Source: Amphiscolops sp. MND2022
Taxonomy: Eukaryota
Direction of reading: 5' to 3'
DNA length: 64,000 nucleotides
Assembly (NCBI GenBank): GCA_964187785.1
Contig: OZ076409.1
Location: 85,624,001-85,688,000 of the forward strand
Of the stretch, positions 39,700 through 52,429 are shown in pieces. The notes beneath the pieces are model-generated. The model ran no database searches. It was not told the origin of the DNA and worked only from the letters and a program-made list of their open reading frames with translations. Made by a program: the position numbers and the translations under genes. How positions within the stretch are numbered: position 1 is the first letter of the stretch; the number at the start of each line of letters is the position of its first letter.

Positions 39700-40376
39700 A
39701 AAGTAATTAATTTCTTGAAGTTCCGTGAGGTGCGGGTACATTTTGATGTTGTTGCGGAAAAGATCCTCGAAAAGTTCAAATTTTTCAGTTTTCCCGTCAA
39801 ATGTTGGGAGTGTTGCCGTTAGGGCTTTTGGCATGGGTAGCGCGGGGTTGTCATTCCTGTCTGCCCCGAAAAGAGTTCTAGCTACCACAGGACGCTCTTT
39901 TGACGCTGGTTGGCGTTGAGACCTTATTTTTGGTCTTTTCGGGTGATTTGTGGAGTCGGTTAGGACTCCTGTCACCATGTTACGTCTTATGTTTGTATCG
40001 TAGTTTTGGGTGGAGTTAATTCTAACCGATTTAGCAGGGGTGTAGAAACTCTTACTTTCGTTCTCTGTTTCTTCTTCAAGGTTTTCCCTGAGTTTTCCCT
40101 TGTTTCAGGTTTAGGTAGTCTTAGCATTTCCTTTTGGGATTCTACAAGGAGATTCTTGATCCCGGACGTGATTTCTTCTTTTAGAGAGGCTCTTAGGCTT
40201 TCTAAGAAGCTACCTTCTATTCTTGGAGATTTTGGCCTTAACGGGCCTGCGACGCCTACTTCTAGGTCCACAGGACAAGAGCTTTCCGCTGTAACTGGTG
40301 AAACAAAACCTTCATTTACGTTTTCAACAACCTTTTGCTGGTTGTTTCTTCTTTTCTGGCTTCTAGTTGTAGACAT
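39700..40376 (-). pseudogene. Truncated gag N-terminus, paralogous to 53190-53860
   Basis: MSTTRSQKRR...LPTFDGKTEKFELFEDLF; homology stops abruptly at about 39700. Confidence 0.85.
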
Positions 40377-42305
40377 CTTGTTGAAAAAATTTTGATTTTG
40401 TAGTTTCAATCGATTTTTGAGAGTTTTTTCGACTGAGTTGAGGCAAAACAAAAGGAACTTTTAGCAACTATAAATCGCGAGAGTCCCTCAATCATCGCAT
40501 TTTCCAGTATTTATACCCTCCTAGCATCATTTGATCACGACTAAAATCCCTATTTTTCCTCTGACAATTAGTCATTTCCTGTTTCGTCGATGAAAAATCA
40601 TTAAGATCTCAATTTTGCGTTGACATTTCGTCAAATTTTAAGACACGATTACAATTTTTGATATTAGTCACTTATCACGAGCATATTTCATCCCGGCGTC
40701 CTTTTGTTTCCTCCCAAACATGAAGTAGATATTACTTCAGTCTATCAAACCGGAAATGATTCCCTGTTTTGGTTCGCGGGAAATTGATGCTGGTATGACG
40801 CTGACGTGAACAACTAACGCTTGATTTTGGAATTCAACTTGACCAAATTCGATTACTAATTTTCAAATTATGAATATTTGAGCGAAGCTAGGACAATATT
40901 CTTACGGATTGGAGATGATGAGTATCAAATTAAAGACAAGGTTTAACATTCGCAAGCATTTTTATGTATAGATCAACAGTTAATCACCATACAAATCTGA
41001 CGTTACAATTGCGACAAGATTGTACCTTTTAGTGAATGCACCAACGCAATTAGTGATTCTATAATAATAATAATTCCAAAACAGGTTTATCAACGACAAT
41101 TTTAACGAAGAATTAACGTAAGAAATGTGATTACAAACGCAACCATTTTATGTAAATTTAACAAATTAGGTACTAAGATACAGTCAATCAAAAAATACAT
41201 TTCTTGTACAAGATAATCTCAATGCGCTCCAGTCATGAATACAAAACTGTGACAATGGTTTATGTAATCACAAAACTCGACAATTGTTAATTCTTGGGTA
41301 ACCTTTAGTTGCCACCAAAAGTTTGACGATAGGTTGACGTATATATCGAATGTGATCTTTTCTATCCTAGTTTTGATTAACCTAAGAATGCATGACTTTC
41401 CCGAGCTTGGATCATTTATACAGCGTCTACTTCATTATTCTATTCGGGTTAAAACGGTTATTTTGATGGATTTTAAATGTTGTATTACCGTATTTCCTTA
41501 GCTTAATAGAGCAAGTTTATCTAAATCATCAAATTCCATAAACTTGTCAACGTCATGGTGACGAGTTTTCTTGGCAGAGCTGAGATTTTGACTAGTTTGA
41601 CGCAATGCTGACGAGTATTTTAAGAATGATTGTGCTGGCGGCGTAGTGACGTCACAATGGCGGTAAATTGGAATGATTTCTAGTAATGCTATTAGTATAA
41701 GAGGATAATCGGAATGATTTTCTGGTACGCATGGGCGAGGCAGTGACGTCAATTGGTATACCTTCAAACTTGTCTGAGTCTTGCTGACGACAATTTTACA
41801 TGTATTCTTATTTGACGTCCTATTCGGACAACATTGACGTCCTGAACCACACTAATTGCTGTTCAAAGGGTAATTAAGCTGCCTTTCTTAGAAAAGGCTT
41901 AGTTTCCTCGGCGTGTCATCTCAATATACTTTCTATTTTAGATATGATTGATGTTCTATCGGATTGACGATTTCGGATGTGTTTTCATTTAGATTAGTTT
42001 ATGGTTCCTTTATTTAGAGCGAGTTTTAATTTAGTTTTCAGGTGGCGAATGTTACTATTTTGACGTGGCAAGTGCGTCTTGCCGGAAATAATGAAATCTT
42101 TTTGGCTTAATTTGTTCCCTACTTTCATTTTCAGCTGTGGTTTGCGTATTATATTCGTACATCCTATATTTTGGTCACAGTTTATTTATTCTCGCAGGAG
42201 GCTAAAATCCAAAGTACCGTTTTGAAAGTTTTGCTGTACAGCCATGACCTCTGCCGTAGCCAAATCGTCTGCATCCACATTCCAGTCCGGGAGCGGACTG
42301 TGACA
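39700..42305. repeat. 2.6-kb direct repeat, copy 1 (ORF-X 3' end, leader, gag 5' end)
   Basis: Colinear with 53190-55801; both end in GAGCGGACTGTGACA. Confidence 0.92.
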
Positions 42306-42951
42306 GGGCATACCCAGGGAGACGAGCTTGGAACGAGCTTGGACTCGAATATCGGCCGTAGCTGTTCTTCATTCCAGGTTTTGTCGGAGACGCCGTCACT
42401 GCTCTTCTTTCTTCTAGGTCGTTTAATGGGCTCACGGCCTTCGTATTTATCTTCTTTAATGGGCCAGGGGGAGTGACAAAGTAGGAGGCAGCGTCCTCGT
42501 TTGCGACCTGTTCCAAATAATCTGCTATGACCTCGCTGGTCACTGATTGGGTACTTGTCCGTTTGTGGACCTCAACTACATAAACTTCGGAGTTCGTCAT
42601 ATTGTTCGGTTCGTATTCCTCAAGCTGCTCATCTGGACATTCTGGGCTTTCGATTATTTCGCCGGCTTCATTGTCCTCAGAAGAGTCTGGGTATTCTCCT
42701 GATTCTACAGACTCGAAACTATTGCTTAGTTTTATACGCTTGCAGTTCGTATCTATGGAATCTAAAGACGAATTGAGGTCTTTTTCGTGATCAGCATTGG
42801 CCTCAACAGAGGAGTGAGATATTTCCAGGATTACTCTGATATTCGGGAACGTGTCTCTGGGAAGTGGTGTTGAAGCTCTTTCTATCATTTCTTCGTGTTT
42901 GCCTTCCGATGAGATGTCTATTAATTTGTAAATAACCTTGGGACTGGCCAT
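42202..42951 (-). CDS. ORF-X, 249-aa acidic/disordered protein of unknown function, element-associated
   Basis: ATG-started open frame; C-terminus SQSAPGLECxCRRxGYGRGHGCTAKLSKRYFGF is conserved in the second copy at about 55698-55801. Confidence 0.6.
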   Translation of the reverse strand: MASPKVIYKLIDISSEGKHEEMIERASTPLPRDTFPNIRVILEISHSSVEANADHEKDLNSSLDSIDTNCKRIKLSNSFESVESGEYPDSSEDNEAGEIIESPECPDEQLEEYEPNNMTNSEVYVVEVHKRTSTQSVTSEVIADYLEQVANEDAASYFVTPPGPLKKINTKAVSPLNDLEERRAVTASPTKPGMKNSYGRYSSPSSFQARLPGYALSQSAPGLECGCRRFGYGRGHGCTAKLSKRYFGF

Positions 42952-42959
42952 TTATTGTT

Positions 42960-43320
42960 GATAATTATGAGTTTTTCCTGCTGCTTTCTTTTGATTCTGT
43001 TCTTTCCACAATGAATTGCGGATTAGTTAGGATTAATTTAGGATTGAGGAGAATTTTGGGATAAATCCCTCCATTCTGATTGGTTGAACACTCGTAATAA
43101 TCCTATTTTAATCCTCACGTGTTGACGTTATTTCAACGACGCATTTTTATTGGCTGCAAATTGAATAATTCGCTGGACCAGTTTTGTCACCGTTATGACG
43201 TCATTGTAGAATATAGGATTAAATTTTTAACCCTGATAACCTTTTGTCGACGTTATGTCGACATCATTTTCGTTGGTGATTAACCAACTTTTAGTATTTG
43301 TCACCGTTATGATGACGTCA
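42960..43320. promoter_or_regulatory. Putative bidirectional promoter with repeated CRE-like motifs
   Basis: Three copies of a TTTGTC(A/G)..CGTTATG..G(A)C(G/A)TCA-like motif at about 43182, 43242 and 43297; TGACGTCA at 43196 and 43313; ATTGG (CCAAT) at about 43079 and 43149. Confidence 0.45.
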
Positions 43321-43329
43321 ATTTTGGTT

Positions 43330-46300
43330 GTTGTCTTCTTCCTCGGATTTGTTTCCAGGTTTCTTGGTGTTTTAAACATTGGATTCTTATCCAATTCCTC
43401 CTCGTGTGGGTCTCTGTGTTCAAAGCGGGCACGAGAAGCAATACTTGTTTTCGGAGGGGGATATCCCTGAGAGCGATGCTGATCCTTTGTTTTCCCAACC
43501 TGCCGTTGGTAAGTTCATCATTCCCCAATCCACTAAGCTCTTCTGAAAAATAATACTCTCAGATAGGTCTTTTCTGTTTCGCATTTTCACAGCTTAGATT
43601 TTCTGACGCGTGGATTTGGGAATGCTGTTTCAGCTTCTGTGCCAACGGTGTCTTCTTCTGCATGCATTGCTCCTGCACCTGCTTCTGGGGTTTCCCTTCC
43701 AGTTGATTTGGCTGTGATTTTTGTCAAGCCTCTCAAGGCTAGCTCCACAGTGTGCCCTTCCGATGATCTGGATGTGACTCTGGGGACACTTGCACGGCAG
43801 CTTGGCTCTTCTTCCACTTCTGTTCCTCACGGAGGTGAGGGTTATCCCCCCTCTTAGTTTTGCTGAGCAAGATAGCGGAGAGCAACAAGGGACTTCTGAG
43901 AGGACTTGTGGAGAGTTCCGTAAATCGTCTCCGCGATTCAGTGGTTTCCTTTCAGGCTTTGGGCGCACTTTTGGCTCTCAGGGATCTTCTCCAGTACCTA
44001 AGCGTGGTAAGGATATTGTTTGTTTGTGAAGTTATTCCTGGTTTTTGTTAGGAGTGTAGAGTTGGTAGTTGTTTGATTTCTTTGTGATGTACTTCTAATT
44101 GGTGTTTTATATTAGCGCGACTGGCGGCTTCTGGTGTCGAAAAGTCTGTGGGTAATGAGGCGGCTCGGCGACTTCGTTCTAGCACTCCTCGAGGCACTGG
44201 TAGAGTCGTGCAATTCAGCGTGTGTAGTAGTGGTGACGAGGGGGTTGATGATTCAGTTTTGCCCCGTAGTTCAGCGCCCAAAACAGGACGAGAAGTGACT
44301 GACGTCACTGATGCGGATGTTCATGCTGTGGATCCGTTTGTTGCCAGTAAGTTCGATTTTATGTTTGTTGCAATGATTTTGTTATGTTTGGTGGAAAGGG
44401 AGGGATATGGGTGGTTATTGTAGAGTTTTTCCAGACAAAGTTGAGGTTATACTTGTTGATACAGAGTTTGAGGAGTTAACTAGACAAATGGAGATGACAC
44501 TGGATGATGCTTCTCGTAGCCGGAAACAAGTGTATATCCAACGACATCGACTGCGACGTGATATGGCTGAGCATCCCATTTTCGCGCTTTTCGTCAGTGG
44601 GTCCAGTACTGTGTCAGATAAGGCCTTTGACTGCATCTCTGTCAGCGAGACGTATCCATGGAGTCGCGGGGGGCAGCCGAGTTCTCCCGGCGATTCTTTG
44701 GCAAGCGGCACTGGCAGCTCGATGTGGCCTATCGATTCCGAAAAAACATGCTTATTTTCAATAGGCTGATGGACCCAATGGTACCACATGAGATTCAACT
44801 GGCAGAATATTGAGGTTGGCCTTCGAAGGGCAAGAGTGAGGGATTTAGTTTCCCTGAGGATTTACTGCCAGCATGTACGCAGGTCAATTCGAGTGTGCCA
44901 CTAATGACCATGGTTGATTGTCTGGTTGAACTGTTGCGCTCCGGAGGGAGTTACACGCTGTTACGGAGATTGTGGGGAAGTTTCCAGGCCACTTTGGGTC
45001 GTGAAAGTCCCCTTTACAGCTTGAATTGGAGCCAGGCTGAGTCATTGGTTAGTTGTAGTTTCCTTAGTGTCTTCTCCTCTTTTCTTTTCTAATTTCTCTC
45101 CTTTTTGTTGATTAGTGGCCTTCTGTTATGTGTCTCGGGTTGTATTATGGTCAATTTAACTTAGGTTTTGGTCGTTGATTTGTCGCGCGCTGTTTCCGCG
45201 GGCCTTACGTTTGCTGATTGCCCGCATCTCAGCGTTCAGGGAATACAGTGTATTCTTTGTGGAGGATGACAAGTCGCAGAAGTGCTTCGTGCAGATATGG
45301 GATGAACATAGTTCGATGAGCGTTTGTGTCTGGGTGGAGCCTGTGGGGCAGATCATTCCAAAGGAAGAGTTGTCTGGGTTGTCGCGAATTGTCGACAGCA
45401 CGTCGTCATGCCAGTTGCCTCTCTCTTGTCATGGGGGTAGTCCTACTCTTGTGCGTGTTCTCAGCGAGAACCAGGTCGACAACCGAAATTTCATTAAGTA
45501 CCGGGAGTTCAACGTGGACGTGTTTTTGCATTGCTTCCGGCTCGCCTATCAGGAGACGTTTGAAGGTTTGGATGTGACAAATATGGTCGACTTCTTGGTC
45601 TTTCGTCTGCGGGGCGCTTTGCAGGAATCCTGGCTGGAAATTGCAACTGCATTGCGTCGGTGTGTCACTGCTGGACAGGTCTCCTTCGATGATCTTTGTG
45701 AGGTCGTGAGGTATTTGATCTCTGTGTGGCACTCCGTGCGAAAGTTCATCAAGGACAGTGCTCCACGACATATCAAAACTGAGGCTGGCAGGGTAATTTG
45801 TTTTGTTTGTTTTCATTTGTGGTTTTTGTCATGTTGTGGAGGGGGCTTTATGTGGTTTTATCCTTTTCTGTTGCTTTCCGACTGTTTTTGGGTGCCGTCA
45901 TGTTTTGTTTTGTTGGCTTGTAGTAATCTAGGGTACTAGGTTTTGTACTACTCACGGTCATCATTGATTATTATAGATGCGAGGTACAGACTGAACTGTG
46001 TATTCTGACTGTATCGGTGAACTGCGCATGGGTCTTCTGTTGCACATCCTTGAGCTATATCATTGTTCGTTCAAGAAGCAGTTGTCCAGACGATCAGATT
46101 ACAGTTTCCAATTTTATATGGAAGTGTGTCAATTTGTGTACTGCTTGTTATCTCTTACCCGAAAGATTGGTTCTTTTCCTGAGTTGAACAATTGGGAGGA
46201 GTATATGGACGAACGGAGAGTCGATGAGTTTGAAAACGTTGCTGCTTCCGACTTCTTGCACAATCATTCCTTTGGTACTATTTTGCAAAGCCGCAAAGAC

Positions 46301-47297
46301 ATTGATGGCCGTGCCTATAGGGAACAGTGCAACAAACTTATGGATCGTCTAGTTGACGCGATTCTTGCACAGCAACTTGTAACGGAGAGTTTTCGTGTGG
46401 GTTTTATGCTTTCTGCATTGAATTGCTGTTGGAGGGCGACGATTATCGTATGCTGGAGCTCTTCCGAAAGTTGGTCCATGTGTTAGAATCAAGTGGTTGC
46501 ATTACAGCGCTGGAGTCAAGGACTGCCGTCAAAGAGTATTCAACTTTTGTTGTGGATGCCCGAAAACGTCACATGAGCGGTGGCTGTAGCGCTGAGGATA
46601 TTTCTGATGTTGGGCAGCACTTGGTATCGGATTATAGTTTTTGTCGCGGAAGACTCTATGTCGCGTCTTTAAATTGTAATGTTTGGTCGTCTTGACACCC
46701 CGTGGTGACTTCCCTGTCGTGGACCTCGTGTCTTCTAATTGTGAAGTGCCAGAGTGGGTGGTGGCCACATGCGTGTGTGGCGTGCAGAGTAGCGTTTCGT
46801 CTGCTGATTTTAAGTTGAGTACCTTCTTTACCAAATTCACCATGAATGAAGTTCGAGATTCAATTGATGCTGCTCAGTCGTTCATGTCTCAGGTGGACTT
46901 CGATCCATGGGCTGGGATCTGTAGTGGTGTTTATGCTGCTTTTGTGGAGCGCTATACAGATTTATTCAACGTGCGAGTGAGTCGTAAAAGGGGTGGTGTT
47001 TCTCAGCAGGTTAGCACCTTTGATGATTCCAGTCGGGGTGTGCGACTTGATGGTGACGCTGGTATTTTTGCGGCTGTTCTTTCGGATAGTGCTGCTTCAG
47101 CGGTATCTGCACCTCTTGTGTCTACGTCAAGTAGTTCGGGTTCCTTCAGGCAGAGTAAAACGCCGATTCATAGCAGTTTGGCTTCCTTACTGGGGCAAAA
47201 GAAAGATGCATCAAAGAGTGGTGGTCAAGTCAAAAGAAACACAAAAGGGAACCTAAAGGATTCCAAGGGTGGAGGTTCGAGCTCAAAGAAAAATTGA
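43330..47297 (+). pseudogene. Multi-exon gene of unknown function antisense to gag-pol (about 1,000 codons, frameshifted)
   Basis: Chain of same-strand protein-like ORFs separated by T-rich GT-AG segments: 43509-43592, about 44007-44114, 44347-about 44425, 45048-45164, and 45793-45976 (the last is phase-consistent). Confidence 0.7.
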
Positions 47298-47525
47298 ATG
47301 CCACCTTTTGAACTGTTTTCAAACTTTGTTGTAGTGTAGACTTTGTATTTATTTGTTTCCGTGTTGACACGATTGATTGTAGTTTCTTGTTGGAGAAGAT
47401 AGGAGGTAGAAAATCAGAAAAAATAGGAAAGAAAAAGTCAATGAGTTCTGGGGCCGTAGTGTGCCTATTATTTGAAAATCGTCAGATCGGTTCGGTCTGG
47501 ACTCCTGATATTATTATTTTTCGTT

Positions 47526-50500
47526 TTAGTGAGACGTAGTCATGGCGTCGAGTCGTCTGAAGTCAGGATTAGCGTAGGTTTAGGATTAGGTCTCAAGTTG
47601 TACTTTGCTATTTTTCTCGGGTTATATCCGACGTTCGTAGGCGGTGGTCTTGGGGGAATAGGTGGACTTCCAATAGGCGGGGGGCGTCGTATGTATGGGT
47701 TATTCCCCACGTCTGTAGTAAGATTCGAAAAATCCGGTGACGATGACGTTGCGTCATTCATGTATTCAGTCTGGTTGTCCAATACTTGTTGCGTCGTCGT
47801 TGCGTCATGTGAGTTTGTCACTTCCTGTATTACTACTTGTTGGTTTCGTTCCGCATTTGTTGGCGACTCGTGTTCGTCAATCTGTTTTCCAAAATGCATT
47901 TCCCATGATACTGCGTACCACTCATTGTGGGACACCTGGACGTTCGGGTCAGGAAGATATTCATTTGCTCGTACTGTGACGTCAAGCATACGTTGTTCTG
48001 GCACATAAGGTCGTATGCGGATTCTGTGTAGTGTTTGCGTTTATCTCGTGCCAATTTTTCGTATTGTGTAGTTATTATTTGAGAGCACTTTGATCACTAT
48101 GTACGGTCCTGTCCAAATACAATCTTGGAATGCGAATTTTGTCGACTGATTGTCGGCTTTTGGGTTAAGAATGTAGCAGTAATCATTTATTTTGAGCGAA
48201 GCTGCCGACGCTTTGCGGTCGTAGTATTTTTTGTATTTGAGGTAAGACAGCATGATATTGTCCTTTGCTGTCGCTCGTACTTCGTCAATTTGTTTTTGTA
48301 GCTGCTCTGCTATATCTGAGTTAGGCGTAGTTTTCCACTTTGGCTTGATGCCTAACTTTAGGTCAAGAACATTGTAGGGTATGCGTCCATGGAATACCGT
48401 GGATGGTTCGCATCCTAGGGTTTCATGATATGTTGTATTTTAGTTCATGACTGCAATCTGAACATGTTTGTGCCACATTGAACGTCTTTCACCCGTCGAT
48501 ATGTTTAGTGCAGTTTTGATTGAAGCGTGTGTCCTTTCCAAAATTCCAATCGTTTGTGCATGTTTTGCTGACGCGTGGCTGATTTGAATTTCGAGTATCT
48601 GCGTTATCTCTGCGACAACTTCTGATCTGAATTGTGAAAATTTGTCTGTTAGTATTAAAGTTGGTAGGTATGCATGTCTTGTCATGACGTCGACAATGCA
48701 TTGTCCAATTGTTTTCGTTGTGACGTTCTGCGTTGGATATGCAAATAAATAACGTGAGAATACATCGATCATTGTGACAATGTTTTGGTATCCTGCCGAA
48801 TTTGGTACGTTTGGCAGTATGTCGATTTCGAGTATGTCTTCCGGTCCCAAGACGTGTTCGGTGTTGTTGATCACTTTCGGACGAATTTGGCTATTGTTGA
48901 TTTTTTTGTACTTGATGCAGTCTTCGCATTGCATTACCCATTGTTTGTTTTTTTTTTGCTAATTCCGGTTATTATTATTTTAACCTGCATTCTTGGATCA
49001 TTTTTGTGATCCCTGGGTGTTTTCCCATCTGTCCGTGGATGGCTTTTAACAGTTCTGTGATCAGGTGTTCGGGGATTAATATTTGGTGATGTGTTACTTG
49101 CCCACATTCCCCGTAGTCTTTGCGCCTTAGGATTCCGTCTTTGACTATTAGTCTATTTTCATGGACTAGAAGACGTTTAGCTGTCGAGTCAGTTTCTAGG
49201 AGATGTTTGTTGTATTCTTCACATATCAGTTTCTTTTTAATTGCTTTGAAGACTAAGTCTGAGTCTTGTTCGACTCTGATACGCGCGTCTTCTTTTATTG
49301 CCCCAAAGGTGTATGATGCTTTGTTTATCGGAATGGGGTGGTTTCTTGTATGGCCAGTTTTTTTGTCGTCACTTCGTCGAGCGCGGTTTGTCTGGCTTGT
49401 TCTTTCTGCAAAAGTATTTCCTCATCAGTTTCGATTGTTTCATCTGGAAGGAAAAAAATTGTTCTTCATCTGCGACATCTGTGGATTGCAGATTTACTTG
49501 GATTGGTCGAATTAAGATGTCGTTCCTGATTTTTAGTTCAACCCTTTCTTTGGTATTGACATCAATTCTTGATAGAAAATCAGCTGCTGTATTTTGCGTT
49601 CCCGCTACGTGCATGATGTGAAAATTGAATTGCAGCACGTAATCACATGCATTCCATAGTGTAGGGGGAATCGCTTGTAATTGAAAAAACCTAGTTACCG
49701 ATCTGTTGTCAGTCATTACCAGAGTGGTAGGGTTGTATCACACGAGATATGGCTGTATTCTAGGAATGCGTGATAGATTGCCAGAAATTCTTTGGAATCA
49801 ATTGACATCTTCAATTGTGCTGGTGAGAATACTTTTGATCCAAAAGCTACAGGAGCGAAAGTTTTCTTTTTGGAATTGAGTTTTTTGTCTTTCTCTTCTT
49901 CGATCTTTAGCGCATATCCTGAGGCGCAAAAACTAGCTTCGTCATTGGGACGTATTGTCGTCCTGTGATTGGTTGTTTGAGAGCCAATCCGCATGCTTCC
50001 GCTAGCGCTGTGTTGATCGCTTTGTAGTTGTCTAGCAATTCCTCTTTTACTTTGATTTGTTTGTCTGCTTTCAGTAGTTCGTAGAAACCGAGTAGCTTTT
50101 CTGACAGCCGCGGGATATAGTTGCGGTAGTAGTTGACAAAGCCTATGTACCATTGTACTTGCTTCTTTGATTTCGGGAATCGTACATTTGCTAACAATTT
50201 CTGGATTTTGTGGTCTTGAGGGGCGATTCCTTGTGGGGTGATCGTTCTTCCAAGGAATTCGACCTCAGTCACTCCAAAATGGCATTTGTCAATGGATAGT
50301 TTAAGTCCTGCTTGTCTGATGCATTCAAAGACAGGTCGAATGTTTCGTATAAGTTGCGTCACGGAGTTGGCAGCTCTTCCAATATCTTCCACGTATTGCG
50401 CGCACTGGTCGGCTTTAATTACTTTATCCAAATACTCTCTCTTGAAACTCGAAAATGCTGATAGAATACTGCTCAGTCCCTGTGCTAAACGTTTGTAGGC

Positions 50501-52000
50501 GAACGTCCTGCTCGCGAAGTTGAACGCTAGCATTTCGATTGATCTCTGGTCTGCCATTTGCAGGCAGTGATATGCCTGGGAGCAGTCTAATTTACAAAAC
50601 AGTTTCTTTCCAGCTAGATGTTGAGCTGCATCTGACAGAGTGCTAACTGGGTGGTTGTTGTTGATATAATCGTCTGATATCAATGCGTTGATTTTCCGTA
50701 GGTCGACAAGTAGACGTAACTTGCCATTTGATTTTCGTTGCGCGAAAATTGGGCTTGCGTATTTTGAAAATGGCAGAGTCGTTGTTATGCCATATCTGTG
50801 CTTTAGTGCCAAATCGACTGTTAGATCTTCCTTTAGATTTATTGGTACGGGCAGACTTTGTGTGTAGATTGGACCTTCGTCTTTCGGCGTTAGTTTCACT
50901 TTGAAGTTGTTGTTGATGCTGATGTCAAGTCGGTGTCGCGCAAAGATGTCGTTGTATTCAATTATCGTTTGTTCGAGCTGTTTTTTATCGTTTCCTTCGA
51001 TTTGTGACCCTTCCCATTTGAAAGTTTCAAGGAATTTCTACCTTGACTCTTGATCTTTTGTTGGGTCTAATTCTTCTTTTTTGATGAGTTCACGGATTCC
51101 TTTCAATATTCTTCCTTGGATTTGTGTATGATCTTCCTCGTTCCCTGGATTCTCAGGTGTAGGGAACCAGAAGTTCTCACCACTTTGTTTGTTTTCCCTG
51201 GATTTCATGAGTTCATTCACGTACATGTGTGTATCATCAGGGTCTTGTAGTAGTTTGAGTGCTGCGGCGTCAATGGGTCGTATTTGCTTTGTTTCTTCGG
51301 GTTTGGGGATTTGTAACTCTGCCAGTTGAGTGTGATTTTTTATTGTTTGTGGGAAATCCGTTAGGTTGGCTATTCGCATTTTGATTCTTTTATTGTGAGC
51401 TGTCGCTAACGCTGGCGCAACGATGATAGTAGCTGTCTCGTCGAATTGCGGCAGAGGCTCTACCGTCCAGTGACGTCGTTTGCGTTTGTAGTTATCACTA
51501 TTGCGCTGACTGTTGTTGTTTGTTGTGGCGGTATCGTCTGGCTTCCCTCTACCATTATTTGGAGTGGTTTCGGGTTGCAGTTTTTCATTTCATGGCCAAA
51601 TGTCGTTTCAACGTGTGGGAAGTTGATAGTACCGTTTGTCGTATCTAGTACCGCGTGGTGATTTCTCATGAAGTTCAGCCCTATTTTTGGGAAAGACGTC
51701 TTCGAGAGGATGACAAAAGTGTCTGTGAACGTGTATGTCCCTATGTTGAATTGTATGTCGGCTGTAGCTATTGGTTGTTCTAGTTGGGCGTTCGAGCATT
51801 CAATTTTGAAAAGAGGGTTGAGGATACTCCTTTATGATGCAGTTATCGCTGTTCATCTTGATTGCATTGTAATCTGACGACGACATTGCATTGATGAACG
51901 CTCCTGAGTCGACAAACTCGTCCATTGTGATTTCGCCGAATTCAAGTGGTAGATAGAGCATTCTTCGTCGTTTTTGAGCCGTATTGTCGAGTGTAGCGGT
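47526..52000 (-). pseudogene. Ty3/Gypsy pol (PR-RT-RNase H-IN), frameshifted
   Basis: VDSGA protease; YASPIF, LLVDLRKIN, LDCSQAY, YVED (YxDD altered); KEFLAIY and TDNRS RNase H; HGQMGKHPG...CEDC, EIDILP, ILERTH, WTGPY integrase. Confidence 0.95.
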
Positions 52001-52429
52001 ATGTAGGTGTTTCCGGCTTTTTCAGTAACATACTCCTTGATTGAATTGAGAGAAGTGGGGAAATCGCCTAGGAGGATGGGTTTCTTGGGGGAGCTGTATG
52101 TGTCTCCTTCTGTTGATTGTGGCGGTGGTTGCGTTTTCGTTTTGTTCTATTTGTGTTGCAACGGAATGTTCTCTGGTGGAGCAAGGAGGCTGGACGATGA
52201 GGTTTGCGCAATGTGTATGGTAAGTCTATAGTCTTTGTCTTGGGCGTAAGTTTTCTCCTTTTCTGGTTGTGTTAGTGGTCTTCTTATTGAGGCGAGTGCT
52301 TGTCGTCTCAACCAATCTTCTGTTGGTGTACCGTTGCATTTTATCATTGAGTCATTTCTGTAAGTGGTGGGGGGATCTTCTGTTGAAAACGCCCTCGCGT
52401 CTACGTTTTTCCCAAAACGCAGGCGCGGC

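Noticed and set aside
43587..43968. Minus-strand ORFs as a third cargo gene
   Set aside because: Splice signals and ORF continuity favour the plus strand; treated as shadow frames.
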